DNA from: Amoebidium appalachense
Taxonomy: Eukaryota > Protista > Ichthyosporea
DNA length: 64,000 bases
NCBI GenBank assembly: GCA_963693365.1
Contig: CAVNZM010000004.1
Coordinates: 8,283,093-8,347,092, forward strand
Reading direction: 5' to 3'
Below the pieces are notes generated by a model. It did no database searches. It was given only the letters and a program-made list of their open reading frames with translations, and was not told the origin of the DNA. Shown piece by piece: positions 1 through 59,792 of the stretch (position 1 is its first letter; every line of letters begins with the position of its first letter). The position numbers were made by a program, and so were the translations under genes.

Positions 1-336
1 CACACACACACACACACCAGTCCTTTCCCAACAAATTCTGTACTCTGTGCTTGTCTAGTTCTGATCGAAATGGGAACCCCTCATGGTTGCACCCTCACGC
101 TTTAACAACAACAACCCCCCCCCCCCCCCCCCCCCCCCCCCTTCCACTTGAACGGACGAGTGAAGTCAAGCAACTTGGACGGCGCCCATACACATATACA
201 CGAACAGAGAAGATAACGGAAGTGAAGCGTGAACAATGTTATGGTTCTGTCACTGTTCGTTTTTATATCAGTGCACTGTGGCTAACCCCCCCCCCCCCCC
301 CCCCCCCCCTCTCCCCCTCCTTCTCCATACACACAG

Positions 337-35717
<35,381 letters not shown>

Positions 35718-35847
35718 CGTGGTGCATCCAGACATCCCCAACAAAGGAAAATGCCACCCGGCTGAAAATTGGTCTATCGGAGTGGCCCCAAGAAATATCG
35801 GCACCTTAGACGGGTGTGGAGTTTGCACACACGGAATGATGATGGTG

Positions 35848-35910
<63 letters not shown>

Positions 35911-36197
35911 CGCGCGCGCGCGCGCACATGCGTGCGTGCGTGTGGAAGGGGCGGGGGGGGGGGGGGGGTTTAATTGTGTTTTCCAGGTAAAATATCTGAA
36001 TGTATGTTAATGAATATTGTACATCAATGATGATTGTTAAGTTGCACTCAAGAATGTATATGTAGTTCGTGAATGAAACAACATCTGTGGTCCGATATTC
36101 AACTTGACCTTCAATGGCGGGCATGTATACGTGGGAGATGAGAGTATTTTAAGTTTGGATCGTAGTATATGATGTAGCAGCGTGGGTGTGTGTGTGT

Positions 36198-36229
<32 letters not shown>

Positions 36230-36661
36230 GTGTGCGTGCGTGCGTGCGTGGTGATGCGGGGAGAGGGTGGGAGGGGGAGGGGGGGGGAGAGGGTGGGAGG
36301 GGGAGGGGGGGGGGGGGGGAGGGGGGAGGAAGGGGGTCTGAATGGCTGCCTGAATCATCTGGTGTGTAAATACAGCATGTGATTGGGGATGTCTATATGA
36401 ATATCATCTTCAAATGCCTCGTTTCATTGTTGGCGATTCCGGTTTTGATAGAAGAGGTATGACATTGTGTGTCTCTTGTGCCAAAGGGTGCACAAATCGA
36501 ATGAATGATCAATGGATGCCGTTATGAAACGTGTGTCTCCACGCATCATTATAAATGTATCGGGTGTATGTACCAGTGTCATTGTGTGTGTGTGTTTGTG
36601 GACGTGGGTGGACGTGGGTGGGTGGGTTCGTTTGTGTGTGTACATGTGAGTGTGTGTGTGT

Positions 36662-36696
<35 letters not shown>

Positions 36697-37453
36697 GGGG
36701 GGGGAAGAAGGAGGGTTCGTTTTTGTGTGTTGTGTTTTGGTGGGTGGAGGGGAGGGGAATTGATCAATTGGAGGGGGGGAGGGGGGGGGGGGGGGGGGGG
36801 GTCTGTGTGTGTGCGTGTGTGCGTGTGCATGTGTGGATTCCTTCGTGTGTGGGTGTGGCTATACGTATGTGTTCCCGCCGTGATGACCCTCGGGCATGTA
36901 TGTATGCAGCACGGCATCATTCTCACAGGCAAGCCGAACTGACCATCGATCCACATGTACACCTGAAAGCTAAAATAATTTAAACTGAACATCATACAGC
37001 GCTCTACTCACCAACCACCCACCAACTATGTATGGCAAAACGACCGAAAAAGTATGAATTACATATAGTGCGCATGCCAGCAGTTTAAAATCAGCATGTA
37101 CATACATGGCCCTCTGAGTACCGAGATCTTTAAAATAGTACCAGTGCATGCGCACGCGTGAGCTCGAACACATGCAGGCACACCCACATATACACATGTG
37201 CGTACGTGCCACACACGCACACACACTCAGTACGTATCACACGTGTACAAACACACACGTGTAAGCACAGTACCTTTATTATCATGCATGCATGTGCATG
37301 CAGTAACACAAGCACTGTGCCCGCATAATGCCGGAATCAGTCAGGTTGAGTGGGGGATGTTGGGTATTGTATACTGTAGATGTTTCAGGTCAGGGCCCGG
37401 GTGCAGCTCGAGCTCGAGTGGGGAAATTTCCATTGTGGTTGTGGGTGGTGTGT

Positions 37454-37504
<51 letters not shown>

Positions 37505-38507
37505 GAAATTTTACCAAAAACTATGGCCGTCATTTTATTTCTATCCTCGCCTACTCCCGGTTCACACCGGCCAGAGTCCAGCGAATCCCTGAAACGGCAA
37601 ACATGTAATGTAATAAGATTGTAGATAGTTGGGCCCGTGTATCAACTGTGGTGTAGCAATGCGGCAAGTCGGCATGGACATAATACAAAATTCAACGAAA
37701 AAACCAATTAAGTCACTTGTTTCTGAAGTGATACAAAGAGTGGGCAAGGAGTGTGTGTAGGTCCCCCTGTATGCGTTAAGCGTATGTAAAAAGAGTTCGT
37801 GTGTAAAAAATATGAATTTGAAAGTCAGAATACGGGATGTATCTTTCATGCAGCAAGCCGGGATAAACATACGTATTATTGTGCGCTTTCAGGAAACACC
37901 AACCGTCATCGGCCAGTGAATGTTTCGGAATGTTTTCAATCATTTTTGCACACACACTGGTACAAGCTGAAGGAGAAATACGAACTATTCCGTTTTTTCT
38001 GCCCAATTTTCTAATGCCAAACCTTCGAACCATTTTTCAAAAACTATACTACCCATATGACCTCTCACAACCCAGCTACATAAAAGGATCCCTACAGATA
38101 TATGCTATTTGTTATTCACTTTTTCGTTCGGTTCATGAACTACTATGCAAGTCATGAAGAAACATGAAAAAAGTAAGAAAAGTACGCAATCCCTCGAAAC
38201 TTTGTGTTGGATGTGTGCAAATACGTTTGAGTTTTGGGTGTTTTTTTTTCAGTACGTGACCTCAGTTAAATTAATTGGGTAAAAGCTGTGTCCGATTAGC
38301 ATGCCTTCCTTGTTGACATGTGTGTGTACGGTCAATATATGTGCATGTGTGTGAGTTGAGTCAAGTTGTGGGTGAGTGGATATGTGAACCTGTGTGAGCG
38401 AGCAACTGACACTGTGTGTGTGTATGCGCGCGTGTGTGTGTGTGCGTGTGTGCGCGCCTGTGTGAGTGTGCCTGTGTGTGGAGGGAGAAGAGGGTGGGAG
38501 GGGGGAA

Positions 38508-38552
<45 letters not shown>

Positions 38553-38581
38553 TGTGTCTGTATGCGTGTTGAAGGGTGCTG

Positions 38582-39431
38582 TCACTCCTCGGCAGGGTCT
38601 TCTGTTGCCTCGGCCTCTGCCGATGCAGGCTTTGCTTTGGGCGATTTCCTCTTGGTTTTTCTCTGTGTAAATGGTGAGGTGAGATTAGGCAGTTTGTGGT
38701 TGTCCAAAGAAAAGGGGAGAAGCATGCACAGAGAGAGGGGGGGGGGGGGGGGGGGGGGGTATGCATCAAGTGGAAGGGAGCCCTCCCAAAAGACGGAAAA
38801 GGAAAGGTGAAAAGGGGAAGCAGAAATGCATACGCAAAAGGCGATAGAAACAAGAAATGAAACAATTAAAACCCTTCAAAGAAATGGAGAGAAGGCAAGA
38901 GACGTGTACCGAAGACCATCTTCAGACAGTTGGCATGCCCTCATCAACATTTCAACCCATGAGTCGGCAGAAGTGGGGGTAAGAATGTGTCGCATGATAC
39001 AAGACCAAAGATGCACCCAAAAAAAAAAAAAAAAAAAAAATACAAAATCAGAACCGTAAATGAACCGTAAACAAGAAAGAAGCAACATGGATGGAGTCTC
39101 AGATGCAGGCGGGGAGGGGGGGGGGGGGGGGGCAAAGATGCGTTGCAGAGTACAAAGTGCAAATACACTACGGACAACACCATGCAGATTGAAGAGCAGA
39201 CTCCAGAGGTATGTATCAGGAGACCCTTAAGTCACCAGAGTACCCGAGTTTCGACCCAGCCACCCCAAAGGGAGAAGGGGGATTGGAAGGAGGGGGAGGG
39301 GGGGGGGGGGAGGGGGGAGGAGGGGGGGGGGGGGGGGGGGGGGATATCACTTCTGCATAACAGTTGTTGCACATCCATGCAGCCATTGGCTCGTGGGCAA
39401 CAAGTTTGTATGTCTCCTCCGTCAGCCCCGA

Positions 39432-39495
<64 letters not shown>

Positions 39496-40154
39496 ACATG
39501 TGTGCGCACGCTTGTGTGAGAAAGAGCGGGTGTACGTTAATGTCTGCACCCCAATGTTATGTTTGTGTGGTTACCCATATTGGATACTCAAGCGAGTCGC
39601 AGTGTAAACTCTTGTGTGCTTACAGGTGCGTTGGGCATGCCTTACAGATCAGGCCTCTAAGAGTAGTCTGGGGTTTTTTTATGTGCTTCATGGTGCTTGC
39701 GAGCGCTTGTATGTAGGTGGGGGTTTCTCTTTTTCTCCCCCTTCTTTTTTGCTCCTTTTCCTTTTTTTCTTTCTTGGTTCTTGGTGAAAGGGAGGGGAGG
39801 GAGGGCGGGGGAGGGAGGGGGGAGCGGAGGAGAGGTAAGGTAGGTATGTGTGAAAGCTAGAACAAAAACATCCATAATGACACAGCAATCTGCCTGTGAC
39901 AAGGATGGAGGAGTGGGAGCCACACATAGACCATCAACCACACTCCTCCTCTCCTCTCTCTCTCTCTCTCCCCCCCCCCCCCCCCCCCCCTCCCCCCACT
40001 CTCACACACACACAACCCCCTCCCTCCCCTCCCTCCCCCTAAAAAAAAAAAAAAAAAAAAAAGTGCTTGTTGTGCGTCCCTCCGGGTGTATGGGCAAGGG
40101 CGGGGGTGATAAGGGTGGAGGGGGGAAGGGAGGGAAAGGGGGAGAAGGGGGGGG

Positions 40155-40193
<39 letters not shown>

Positions 40194-40318
40194 CTCTACA
40201 CTTACAGCTCTGGTGGAACCAGTTCTGGCAGCCAAACTCACACATGATGGCCTTTTCTCCGTCCCCAACCTGCCTCTTGCACACCCCACACGGAAACTGC
40301 AAAAACAGGAGGGGGAGA

Positions 40319-40388
<70 letters not shown>

Positions 40389-41720
40389 GGGAAGGGAGAG
40401 GGAGAAGGGGGACGGAGTGGGTGAGTGGGATGACGAAAACAAAATCTGTGTGTGTGCATGTGTGTGCTCTCACACAAACGTGTGTGAAAGTGACTGTATG
40501 TGTGTGTGTGTTGGAAGAAAGGGCGCCGGGGGGGGGGGGGGGGGGGGGGGGGGATATGGATGTATGTGTTCGAGGGTGGCAAACATGGAAACAAATAAAC
40601 AAATTTCCCAGGGCATGTAAAATCATAAAAGCAAACCACCAAGAATCAACCCAACACTTGCAGGCAGAACATTCTTGAACAGAGTTCATCATCATCAGGG
40701 AGGTTCTGATGCCTCAAAAAACGAACAGCAAGAGCAAGAGCACGCGCATGTGTGTGTGTGTGTGTGGGTGTGGGTGTGTGTATATGTGTGGTGGCGGTGA
40801 TGGTGGTGGTGGTGGTAGTGGTGGCAGTGGTGGTGGTGGTGGTGGGGGAGGGGAGGGGGAGGGGGGAGGGGGAAGAGGGGGTGGGGGAGGGGGAGGGGGG
40901 GGGGGGGGTTATCAATGCAAAGTTAAGTAGGCAAGCACGCACGAAGAGGAACGGGGGGGGGGGGGGGGGGGGGGGGGGGATAGTATCAGAGTAATAGAGC
41001 AAGTACGTTTTCCGTCTTCTTGAAGCTGGACATCTCCGTGGTGTATCTCTGCTTGTCCCGCATGGACATGTCGAAGTAGTACTGCTTCTGGCCCTCGGGC
41101 AGCGCAGCCCAGCTCTCACCAATCAGCTGCGTGATCTGCATGGCAACGGCCAATCAGAATGGGCCGTACTAATTTCAAATTTCTGCTTTTCTTTCCGAAC
41201 TACAATCAAAGAAAACCGTTTTTATTCGCTTTAAAGCCACTTTTGGCCTGGTGGAGGAATCACATAGGCATTTACAAATACCAAAAGTGCAGAAGCAGGG
41301 GGGAGATGGGGCTAGTGTTCTTTTTTTTTTTTTTTTTTTTTTTTGGGGGGGGGGGGGTGGTGGTGGTGGTGGTGGTGGGGGGGGGAGGGGAGGGGGGAGG
41401 GGGGGGGGGGGGGGGGGACCGGGAGGAAGCATACGTCATGATACTTACATCCAAATACACAAAAAGAAAAAGGGGGGGGGGGGGGGGGGGGGGGGGATGT
41501 ATGCATTAGAGGGTTGGGGGGGGAGGGGGAGGGGGGGGATTGAAGCAGCTTTTTTTTGGGTGCTTGGAGAAGAAAAGTGAAGGATGAGGGGAGGGGAGGG
41601 GGGTCCACACCTCGACGAGGGACTTGTTGGGGTTGCTGGTGATGTAGGACTTGCGCATGGCCTGAGGGCAAACAGTGGTCAACAGATGGCACAAAAAGAT
41701 GCCGGGAGAATCCACCGGTC

Positions 41721-41756
<36 letters not shown>

Positions 41757-41837
41757 TTTTCCCCTCCCTCACCCCATGTTTGCAAATCCCCTTGGTCCAC
41801 TACACACAGGACCTCCACTCCCCTTCCCCCCTCCCCC

Positions 41838-41888
<51 letters not shown>

Positions 41889-41926
41889 TCACACAAAATT
41901 CATCTGCCCCAAACTCCACCCTCACA

Positions 41927-41969
<43 letters not shown>

Positions 41970-42098
41970 AGCCACCCACCCACCCACCACCAAAAAAAAG
42001 CCCGGTCAAACAAACCAACCGACACACAAACACTAACCTCCCCCCCCCCCCCCCTCCCCCCAGCCCCACCCAACATCCACCCACCCCCCCCATCCCCC

Positions 42099-42133
<35 letters not shown>

Positions 42134-44172
42134 ACCACCACCACCACACCCACCCACTCACACACCTTTGAGTAGTACATGAATGGAGGCAGTGGCCTCT
42201 TTGGCTTTGCCGGGTCCTTTTTAGGTTTCTTCCTCCGCAGCTGCCGACCGTCCGGCCCAATCAGGGTCGGGCCTGGGGTGCGCTTCTGTGACTTGCGCTC
42301 CGTAGTGACTGTGGGTGTACACTGATGTGTGAGTGCCTGTGTGTGTCCGGGTGTGCCGAAAGGTATCTTTTCCTTTTCCTTTCCTTTCTTTATCCACCAT
42401 GCATGCATACACACACACACACGCAACACACAGCCCCCCCCCCCCCCCCCCCCCCCCTTCACCCCCCCCACCCCCCAAAATCTCACTCATCTACCCACCC
42501 ACCAGCCCACCGACCCACACCGCCCACTCACCCACCCGCCCACCCACAAAAACACACCTACATTCACACACCCACACCCACCCACCCACCCACATCACTC
42601 CTCCCTCCGTCCACCTACCACTCCTTTCCCTTCCTCACACACACGACCATTGGAAGATAAACACACCAGTTGCAAGCACTCCCATTCTACGTATCCACTT
42701 ATGCAATTCCGCCCTTTAGGTACACGGAAAGGTGCGATTATGCCCGAAAGCACCAGTAGCACCGGCAACAGGAAAAGGCACAAGCACAACCGTAGACCTA
42801 CACAGGTGCACGTGCACACACACACACACTATCACTCAACCAGCCACCAACCTACCTGCCCACCCCCCACCCACACCCACCCATACACAAGCGGCCATCC
42901 ACCCATCCACTTACCCAAACACCCACACCCACCCATCCACCCACCCACCCACATACAGACACGCACACACATATAACCCCCCCCCCCCCCTCCCCCCTCC
43001 CCTCCCCCCCCTGCCCATCCCCCATCCTCCCATCCCTCCCCCCCCCCCCCCCCCCCCCCCCCGCTTGCACACATATACACCCACCCACCCCACCATCCCC
43101 TCATCCCCCCCCCCCCCCCCCCCACCCCTCCCTTACACACACACACGCTCCCCCCTCCCCCCCCCCCCCCCCCTTATACACACACATGCTTACTCCCCTC
43201 CCCCCTCCCCCTTCCCTCCCTCCCTCCCTCCCCCCCCCCTCCTCCCCCCCCCACACACCTTTGCTTGACGATTCATCCTCCTCCGTCTCCTCCGAATCAT
43301 GTCCCCCGTACTCTCCCTCATCAGTCTCTTCCTCCGAATCCCCAACCTCAACCCCCCTTCCGCGCTTGTTTTTCTGGACAGGAATAACCATCCTCCCGGT
43401 TTGCTCACCTTTCAACTTGACGATTAACGTTTGACTGAGTAGCGGTGCAGAGGGTTTTCTCCCCTTTTCCTTTTTCTCCTGTGTGCTCTTCCCACCTTCG
43501 TTCCCCTTGACTACCGGTTCTTTCCTGGGTTTCTGTGGCGACGGTGTTCTCGTGGCGCGAGCAGGTCTCTTTGGCGATTGCATTTTCACGGCGGGGGTGT
43601 TTATTGCGGTCTGGGGGAGACCCAGTGGGTTGTGGTAGGGGGGTCCTTTAACCTCAGTTCCGACATGCTCTGCGCTGTTGTGTGTTTTCGCATCCGGAGT
43701 CGGTGCATCCACGACATGATCATTCTGACCACTGGCAACCTCCGTTTCGTGATCATGCGCCGTATCGGCAACGTGTTCATCGGTATCCATTCGCATCGTT
43801 TCCTCGGCATCGGGTGCTTGTGTTATCTCTATTCTCATCGAAGACGATCCCGCCGTTTGTTCTGCGGTATGTGGGGTGTTTTCGTTCTCCAACTGGTCTT
43901 CTGCGGCCATCTGCTCCTCCGAAGACAACTCTGGCTCGTCGCTCCCCATTCTCCATTGCCCCCTCTAACTTGGTTTCTTCTCCAACCGTATTTCCTCCAA
44001 CCTCCACCCCGTTGTTCGCTTCCTCCACCTTCATAGTGTCATTCTCATTGCCCACTCCTCCCTCCGCTACCAAGTCATTCCCATGTTCCATGCCTGTTTT
44101 CGGTTTGTGTTTTACGTCTGTCAAATCTGGTTGTGGTTGTGCAACCTGCGATGATTGCTCTATACTTTCCAT
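38582..44172 (-). CDS. HMG-box protein with acidic/disordered N-terminus and C-terminal Pygopus-like PHD finger
   Basis: Exons 43259-44172 (one 1-nt frameshift near 43945-43965), 42166-42308, 41611-41661, 41007-41135, possible ~40658-40705, 40206-40296, 39351-39433, 38582-38662. HMG box: KKDPAKPKRPLPPFMYYSKAMRKSYITSNPNKSLVEITQLIGESWAALPEGQKQYYFDMSMRDKQRYTTEM. PHD (C4HC3): FPCGVCKRQVGDGEKAIMCEFGCQNWFHQSCSGLTEETYKLVAHEPMAAWMCNNC. Start codon uncertain. Confidence 0.85.
39133..39265 (-). mobile_element. Diverged 5'-truncated copy of the PLE-associated repeat in the last intron of the HMG-PHD gene
   Basis: Reverse strand reads gggtcgaaactcgggtactctggtgac...tctgcatggtgttgtccg...gtactctgcaacgcatc then poly(C). 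Confidence 0.75.
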
Positions 44173-45775
44173 TATGTGTGGTCTCTTTAGATGATTCTTT
44201 TTGGCCTACACCAAGAATGACTTTGGTTCTCGAGTTACTACTTTCAGGAACGCGTGTCACGCAGGGGCAGCTGGGGTTGTACAAGCACTGCGAAAACAAG
44301 CCTGTGTAAGCAAGCATCAACAAAAACGCCGTGCCAGCACTAACCTTCAAACATCTAATCATCTGCTCTATTTTCAGACTCTATCCCCCGTCAGGGAAAC
44401 CACCAGCAAAGGCTTCTTTCTACACGATTCAATCCTAAAAAGCAAACCGGCAAAAGGAAAAAGGTTCCCATGTTGCCCCTCCCGACCAGCCTCGCCCTCC
44501 CACCTCCCCTCCCTTCCCCCCGTCCCCATCTCTCCCTCTATCACTTCCGCAACTCGCCGCTCAACCCCTCTACCTCCCACCTCCTCCCCCCAGCCAATTT
44601 CTCCTCTATCCCCCTTCTCGCCACATTCCCCTCCCCTCTTTCGCCCCCTCCCCCCCTCCCCCCCCCCCTCCCTTTCTCCCATGCCACATCCTCCCCCTCT
44701 CTCTGCCCTCAGCACGTCAACCTTTATTCTCTCTTTCTCCCTTCTTCCCTCCCTCCCTCTCTCTCTCTATATAAATCGCGCTCTCTCACTCTATTCCACC
44801 ACCACCCCTTCCCCCCCCCCCCCCCCCCCATACCCCCCTCCCCCCCCCCTCCCCCCCCCCCACCTCTCTCCCGTCCCTGAATCGCTTTTCCACGCCCGGG
44901 CAATCAACCTTGTAAATTCCATCCTATCCATCTAAACAACATCCCTTACCTCCAACGTGTTAAAAACACACCAATCTTGCTGAAAGCCTAACAGCCTAAC
45001 CCCAACATTAAGCGGTCCAGTTCTGCCCCTCCAACAGTCTCCATCTTATGAAACCACTAACAAAAAGTATCAAAACAACTACACTAAAATTTTTCTTTCC
45101 CTTTCCAACACGCACACACGCAGACGCTCAGACAAGAGCTAACACTCACATGGGCACCTGTGCCCTGGCTCAAGCAGTCGCAACACCCAAAACAACACAG
45201 AGAAAAAGAGAAATTTGTGGGAACAAGGTAGGCCGCAAGCCCCAGCCCCCGCAGCTGCGCACAACCGCGCAAACTGAGTAAACCCACCTGTTGAAATAGC
45301 CACACCGGATCACCTTCTCAGTACCCTTGGGTGTCACTATGATCTGGTTAGGCTGCACAAGGCTGCACAGCAGGGTTACAGCTAAACCACCGGCGAGTTT
45401 TTGAACCTAACAGCAAGGTCTCTTGAATTTGTCTAAGACAACATCAAGTAAGATGTGCTCAGTTTGCAACAGCAGAATAGGAGTATCTCGACTCCACTGA
45501 GTTGTAAGGCGAGCCAAAAAGTGACAGTTGCAAGTCACACACGGTGCAAGTCATAGACTTCATTGGTCATGCACCGAGCGGGAGCTAAAATGTAGCTGCA
45601 CCGAGCAAAGTTCAAGCCGGCTGCAGAGTGCTATAACCACCGCTCAAGCCTTTTTTGGTTCTATTGCCGGCAATTTGATTCGATCCAAACTTACGCAAAC
45701 ACGCATACTACGCTGGCTTCAAGTTTTGCAACTCGTCTTGGCACATATGATATCTTCCCATGCCATCAAACCCCC

Positions 45776-45812
<37 letters not shown>

Positions 45813-46876
45813 CCCCCAACAACAACCACCACCACCCACCCCTTCCCCCCCCTCCCCAATGGGTAATTACAGCTGTTGGAGCGATACGGCGACACGGTAG
45901 AAAGCTACACTGTACGTGTGCACATGCACATGCATGCAAATATGTGTAACCTGAACCTGTAGTTGTGAGTGATCATTTCGAAATTGTTCCTGTTCGTGCA
46001 AGCCACTCTGTTTCATGACGACGTGGGTTCCCTGCAATCCCCCTAGCTAGCATGCGCAGTGTTTTTATGTGTGTATGTGGGGAAATGTTTGTTTACACGT
46101 GTGGCGTGCAATACGGTGTGCACGGTGTGCACGGTGTGTGTGTGTGTGCGCGCGCGCATCTGTTTGCCACACGTATGCTTGTGTACGTGTATATGTTCGT
46201 GACCTCCAACCTTGTAATATGGCCCAGGTGAAGCGACACGTGCGCATGCTTTATATCGGCACAGACGGCAGACACAAGTACACGTGCAAGTGCAAAAGTA
46301 AACAATGCGAGGTTTTTTTCAAACCTCGGTGTTTTTTTAACAAGCTCCGGCTAGCAAAATTCTTTCGAAGGGTACATATGCATAAAGCTTTTACACTATT
46401 ACAAACAAAGGGAATTCTTACAAACGCCACATTTCAAACCACAACCATACTCTTTCGTTATGTGTGGTATGCTCTCACACAGTTACATGCCCCGTTTTTT
46501 TGTTAACAGCGACGGGGGTCAAATGCTGCAAACCAAACACATGTCCAAATCTAAGGTAATAAAGTCCAAGCAATCTAGCGTAATATTTCTCGAGATTGCG
46601 GTGCACAAGACAGTATTATTGTTTTTCTATTATTGTTTTTCTAACCACTCAGTTTTTTTTTTTTGTTGTTTTTTTTTGTGTGTGTGTGTGTGTACTTTTG
46701 TATACTTTTGTGTTTTGAACACATGTGAATGCATGCATATGCCAAAGAGTTCTAGGGTGGCTATTTGTATATGTGTGCGTGCACAAAGCACGCGCAAGCG
46801 TGTGTTGTAATGATCTGTTCTGGCGATGCTGGGCGGGGAGAGAGAGAGGGGGGGGGGGGGGGGGGTTCAATATGGG

Positions 46877-57300
<10,424 letters not shown>

Positions 57301-57973
57301 CGTGCCGGTGCAAAGGGCCTGTTATGTATGTCTTGATCAATTTTTCGCCCAAAAACTCGGGGGGAAAAAATAAAAAATAACTGTTTGTATTCAGTCAAAG
57401 TTCAACACCAAGCTCTGAACCTTCCATGTCCTTCCACATACTTTTCCCTACCTTCTTTCTTATTTTATACGGCACACAGGCATGCTATACAACTTCTAGG
57501 CTGGAGTCTAATATCTGAAAGATGTTGATACACACAAATGGCCAATCACAAGCAGACTACACAGCACTTCACAGACCTCAAGTAAACGTGCCAACAGACA
57601 CGGCAGAGTACAAACTCACACGTCCAAACACGCACGGCTGCACACAATTGCAAGCGCGCATGTGCGTGCACACACATGCCATGATACTCACACATCCACA
57701 TGCACACGTACATAATATTCTCTCTCCCTCACTCACTCCCTCCCTCATCATCCATCCCTCCCCCTCCCCTCCCCCCCCCCTTCCCTCCCCCCTCCCCCCC
57801 TCCCCCCTCCCGCTCCCCCTCTCTCCCTCACTAACTTACACAAGCAAAGCTTGACAGGCATACCAAACACCAAACAGGAACTCGTGTGCCTAGAAGTAGA
57901 AGGCGCATATGAGAGAAACACACACCACCTTACTCACACGCACACACCAGCACACATGCGCGCCGCACACACA

Positions 57974-58025
<52 letters not shown>

Positions 58026-59792
58026 CACACACACGCACGCACGCACACGCACGAACACACGTACATATATACACACACAGAGAGAGAGTCAAACAGGGAG
58101 GGACCAGCACACACATTTACGGACACAGGCCTATTTGCGCGCACTAAGAAAGGTGTTCCCAAGCACGTGCACAACATCGCATGCACTCTTTGGTATGTGC
58201 ACGCTTTTTCCAGGCTTGCACGATTTGCTGTGTAGCCGACACACACCTGGTGGCTCAAACATTAACACTCACAGGAATACATGCTTGAGTATACACGTCA
58301 GATGTGTGCTCAATCAAGCACAAGAACCAAACAAACGCTCGAACATGCACACATCAGACGGAGGGGGGGGGGGAGGGGGAGTGGGTTTGTGTGTGGGGGG
58401 AGGGGAGGGGGGGAAGGGGGGAAGTTGAGGCAGGGTGTGGGTAAGGAAGTAATATTTAAGGTCCACGTGCATAAGAGAAAGCAGGCAGCCCTCACACACA
58501 GGGGGATAAAAACACGGAGACAGGCAAGCACAGCAGACGTAAACACGCACACACACACTCGTACGCACACACATGCAGATCCCCGTACACATGCAGGCAC
58601 ATGTACAGACGAGACACGCACGCACGCTCGCGCGCACACGCACACGCATACATACATACACATACATGTACGCATGCACACACGCACGCAAGAAGATTCG
58701 TACGCACACACGCAAGCACGCATGCACGCGAGGGCGCATTCACGAACGCATGCAATGAACGCACGCAAGCACACGAGCATACACGCGTGCACATTACACA
58801 CGTTTCCCAGGAGCATACAAGCCAAATTCGAAACTACGCACACTCCAGCATACACTTACCAAGTGCACCAGACGCGTGTGCTGTGCAGGTGCCTCTATGT
58901 CCTGTTCAACGGATCCCTGATTCCCTTTGCCTTTCTACGCAACCGAAAATTGAACCTAGCTCGGTCTGGTTCGTGTCTAGAAGCAACTAAAAAGTGGGGG
59001 GAAAGCTTGGGTGTGTAAAGTGGCACCTTCAGTCCAGTCTAGACTACAAAATCTGACGTCCAGAGAGTTCCTGAAAGCAAGTTACTGACGGTTACCCCTA
59101 CGGAACTTCAAGCAAACGCAAGCTTTCCAGCTGTCCGACAAAAAGCACAAGTGAAAGCCGTGACGTCACAGCTGCATTTCTGGATTCCACAGATGCGGCG
59201 TTTTGTGTAAACCATCGTTCGCTTAAAATGTCGACCAAAATGTTATCGATATCCCGAAAATGTTAACGCAAGATTCCGCCATTTTTTTTCTTGGATTACA
59301 ACAATAGCCAAAGCCGTTTTATACACGTTTTTTTATTTACAAACACTCGTGTCCTGAATGGTTGTTACACAATTATGCTGCTTGTCCTGACGGACGAAAC
59401 CTCCTATCGCCACCGGTACCAGACTTAGAGCTGTCTGTACCTAGGAAATAAAATTCTAAAATTAATCTATTCTTCAATTAAGGAGACTTGGGGGATGGTT
59501 TCAAATAAGAATTGGGGGTGCGCATGGCCGATCAAGATCGACCAAATTCCATAATTGATCCAGTCGGTCAATCGAGGCCGGAAGGTCCGAAAATTCAACT
59601 TTCAATATAAACCCATGTCATTTGTGTGAGAGAATTCAAGCAGAAACTTGCCCTGAAAAAAAAAAAATCCTACTAATAAAGTGGGGGGTAATTACATAGA
59701 AGGAAAGAATCCCAACTCATAGAAGGCAGAGAAAAACTCGCTCACCAAATACGCAAAGCTTAAGGGGGCGGAGGCGGCGTATTCCCGCCTTT

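Noticed and set aside
21-245. Additional GEMIN5 exon(s) at the window start (CLSSSDRNG)
   Set aside because: Only weak resemblance, and no phase-compatible join to the exon at 337.
37500-38300. AT-rich intergenic block as a transposon or ncRNA
   Set aside because: No TIRs, TSD, second copy or coding motif could be identified by eye.
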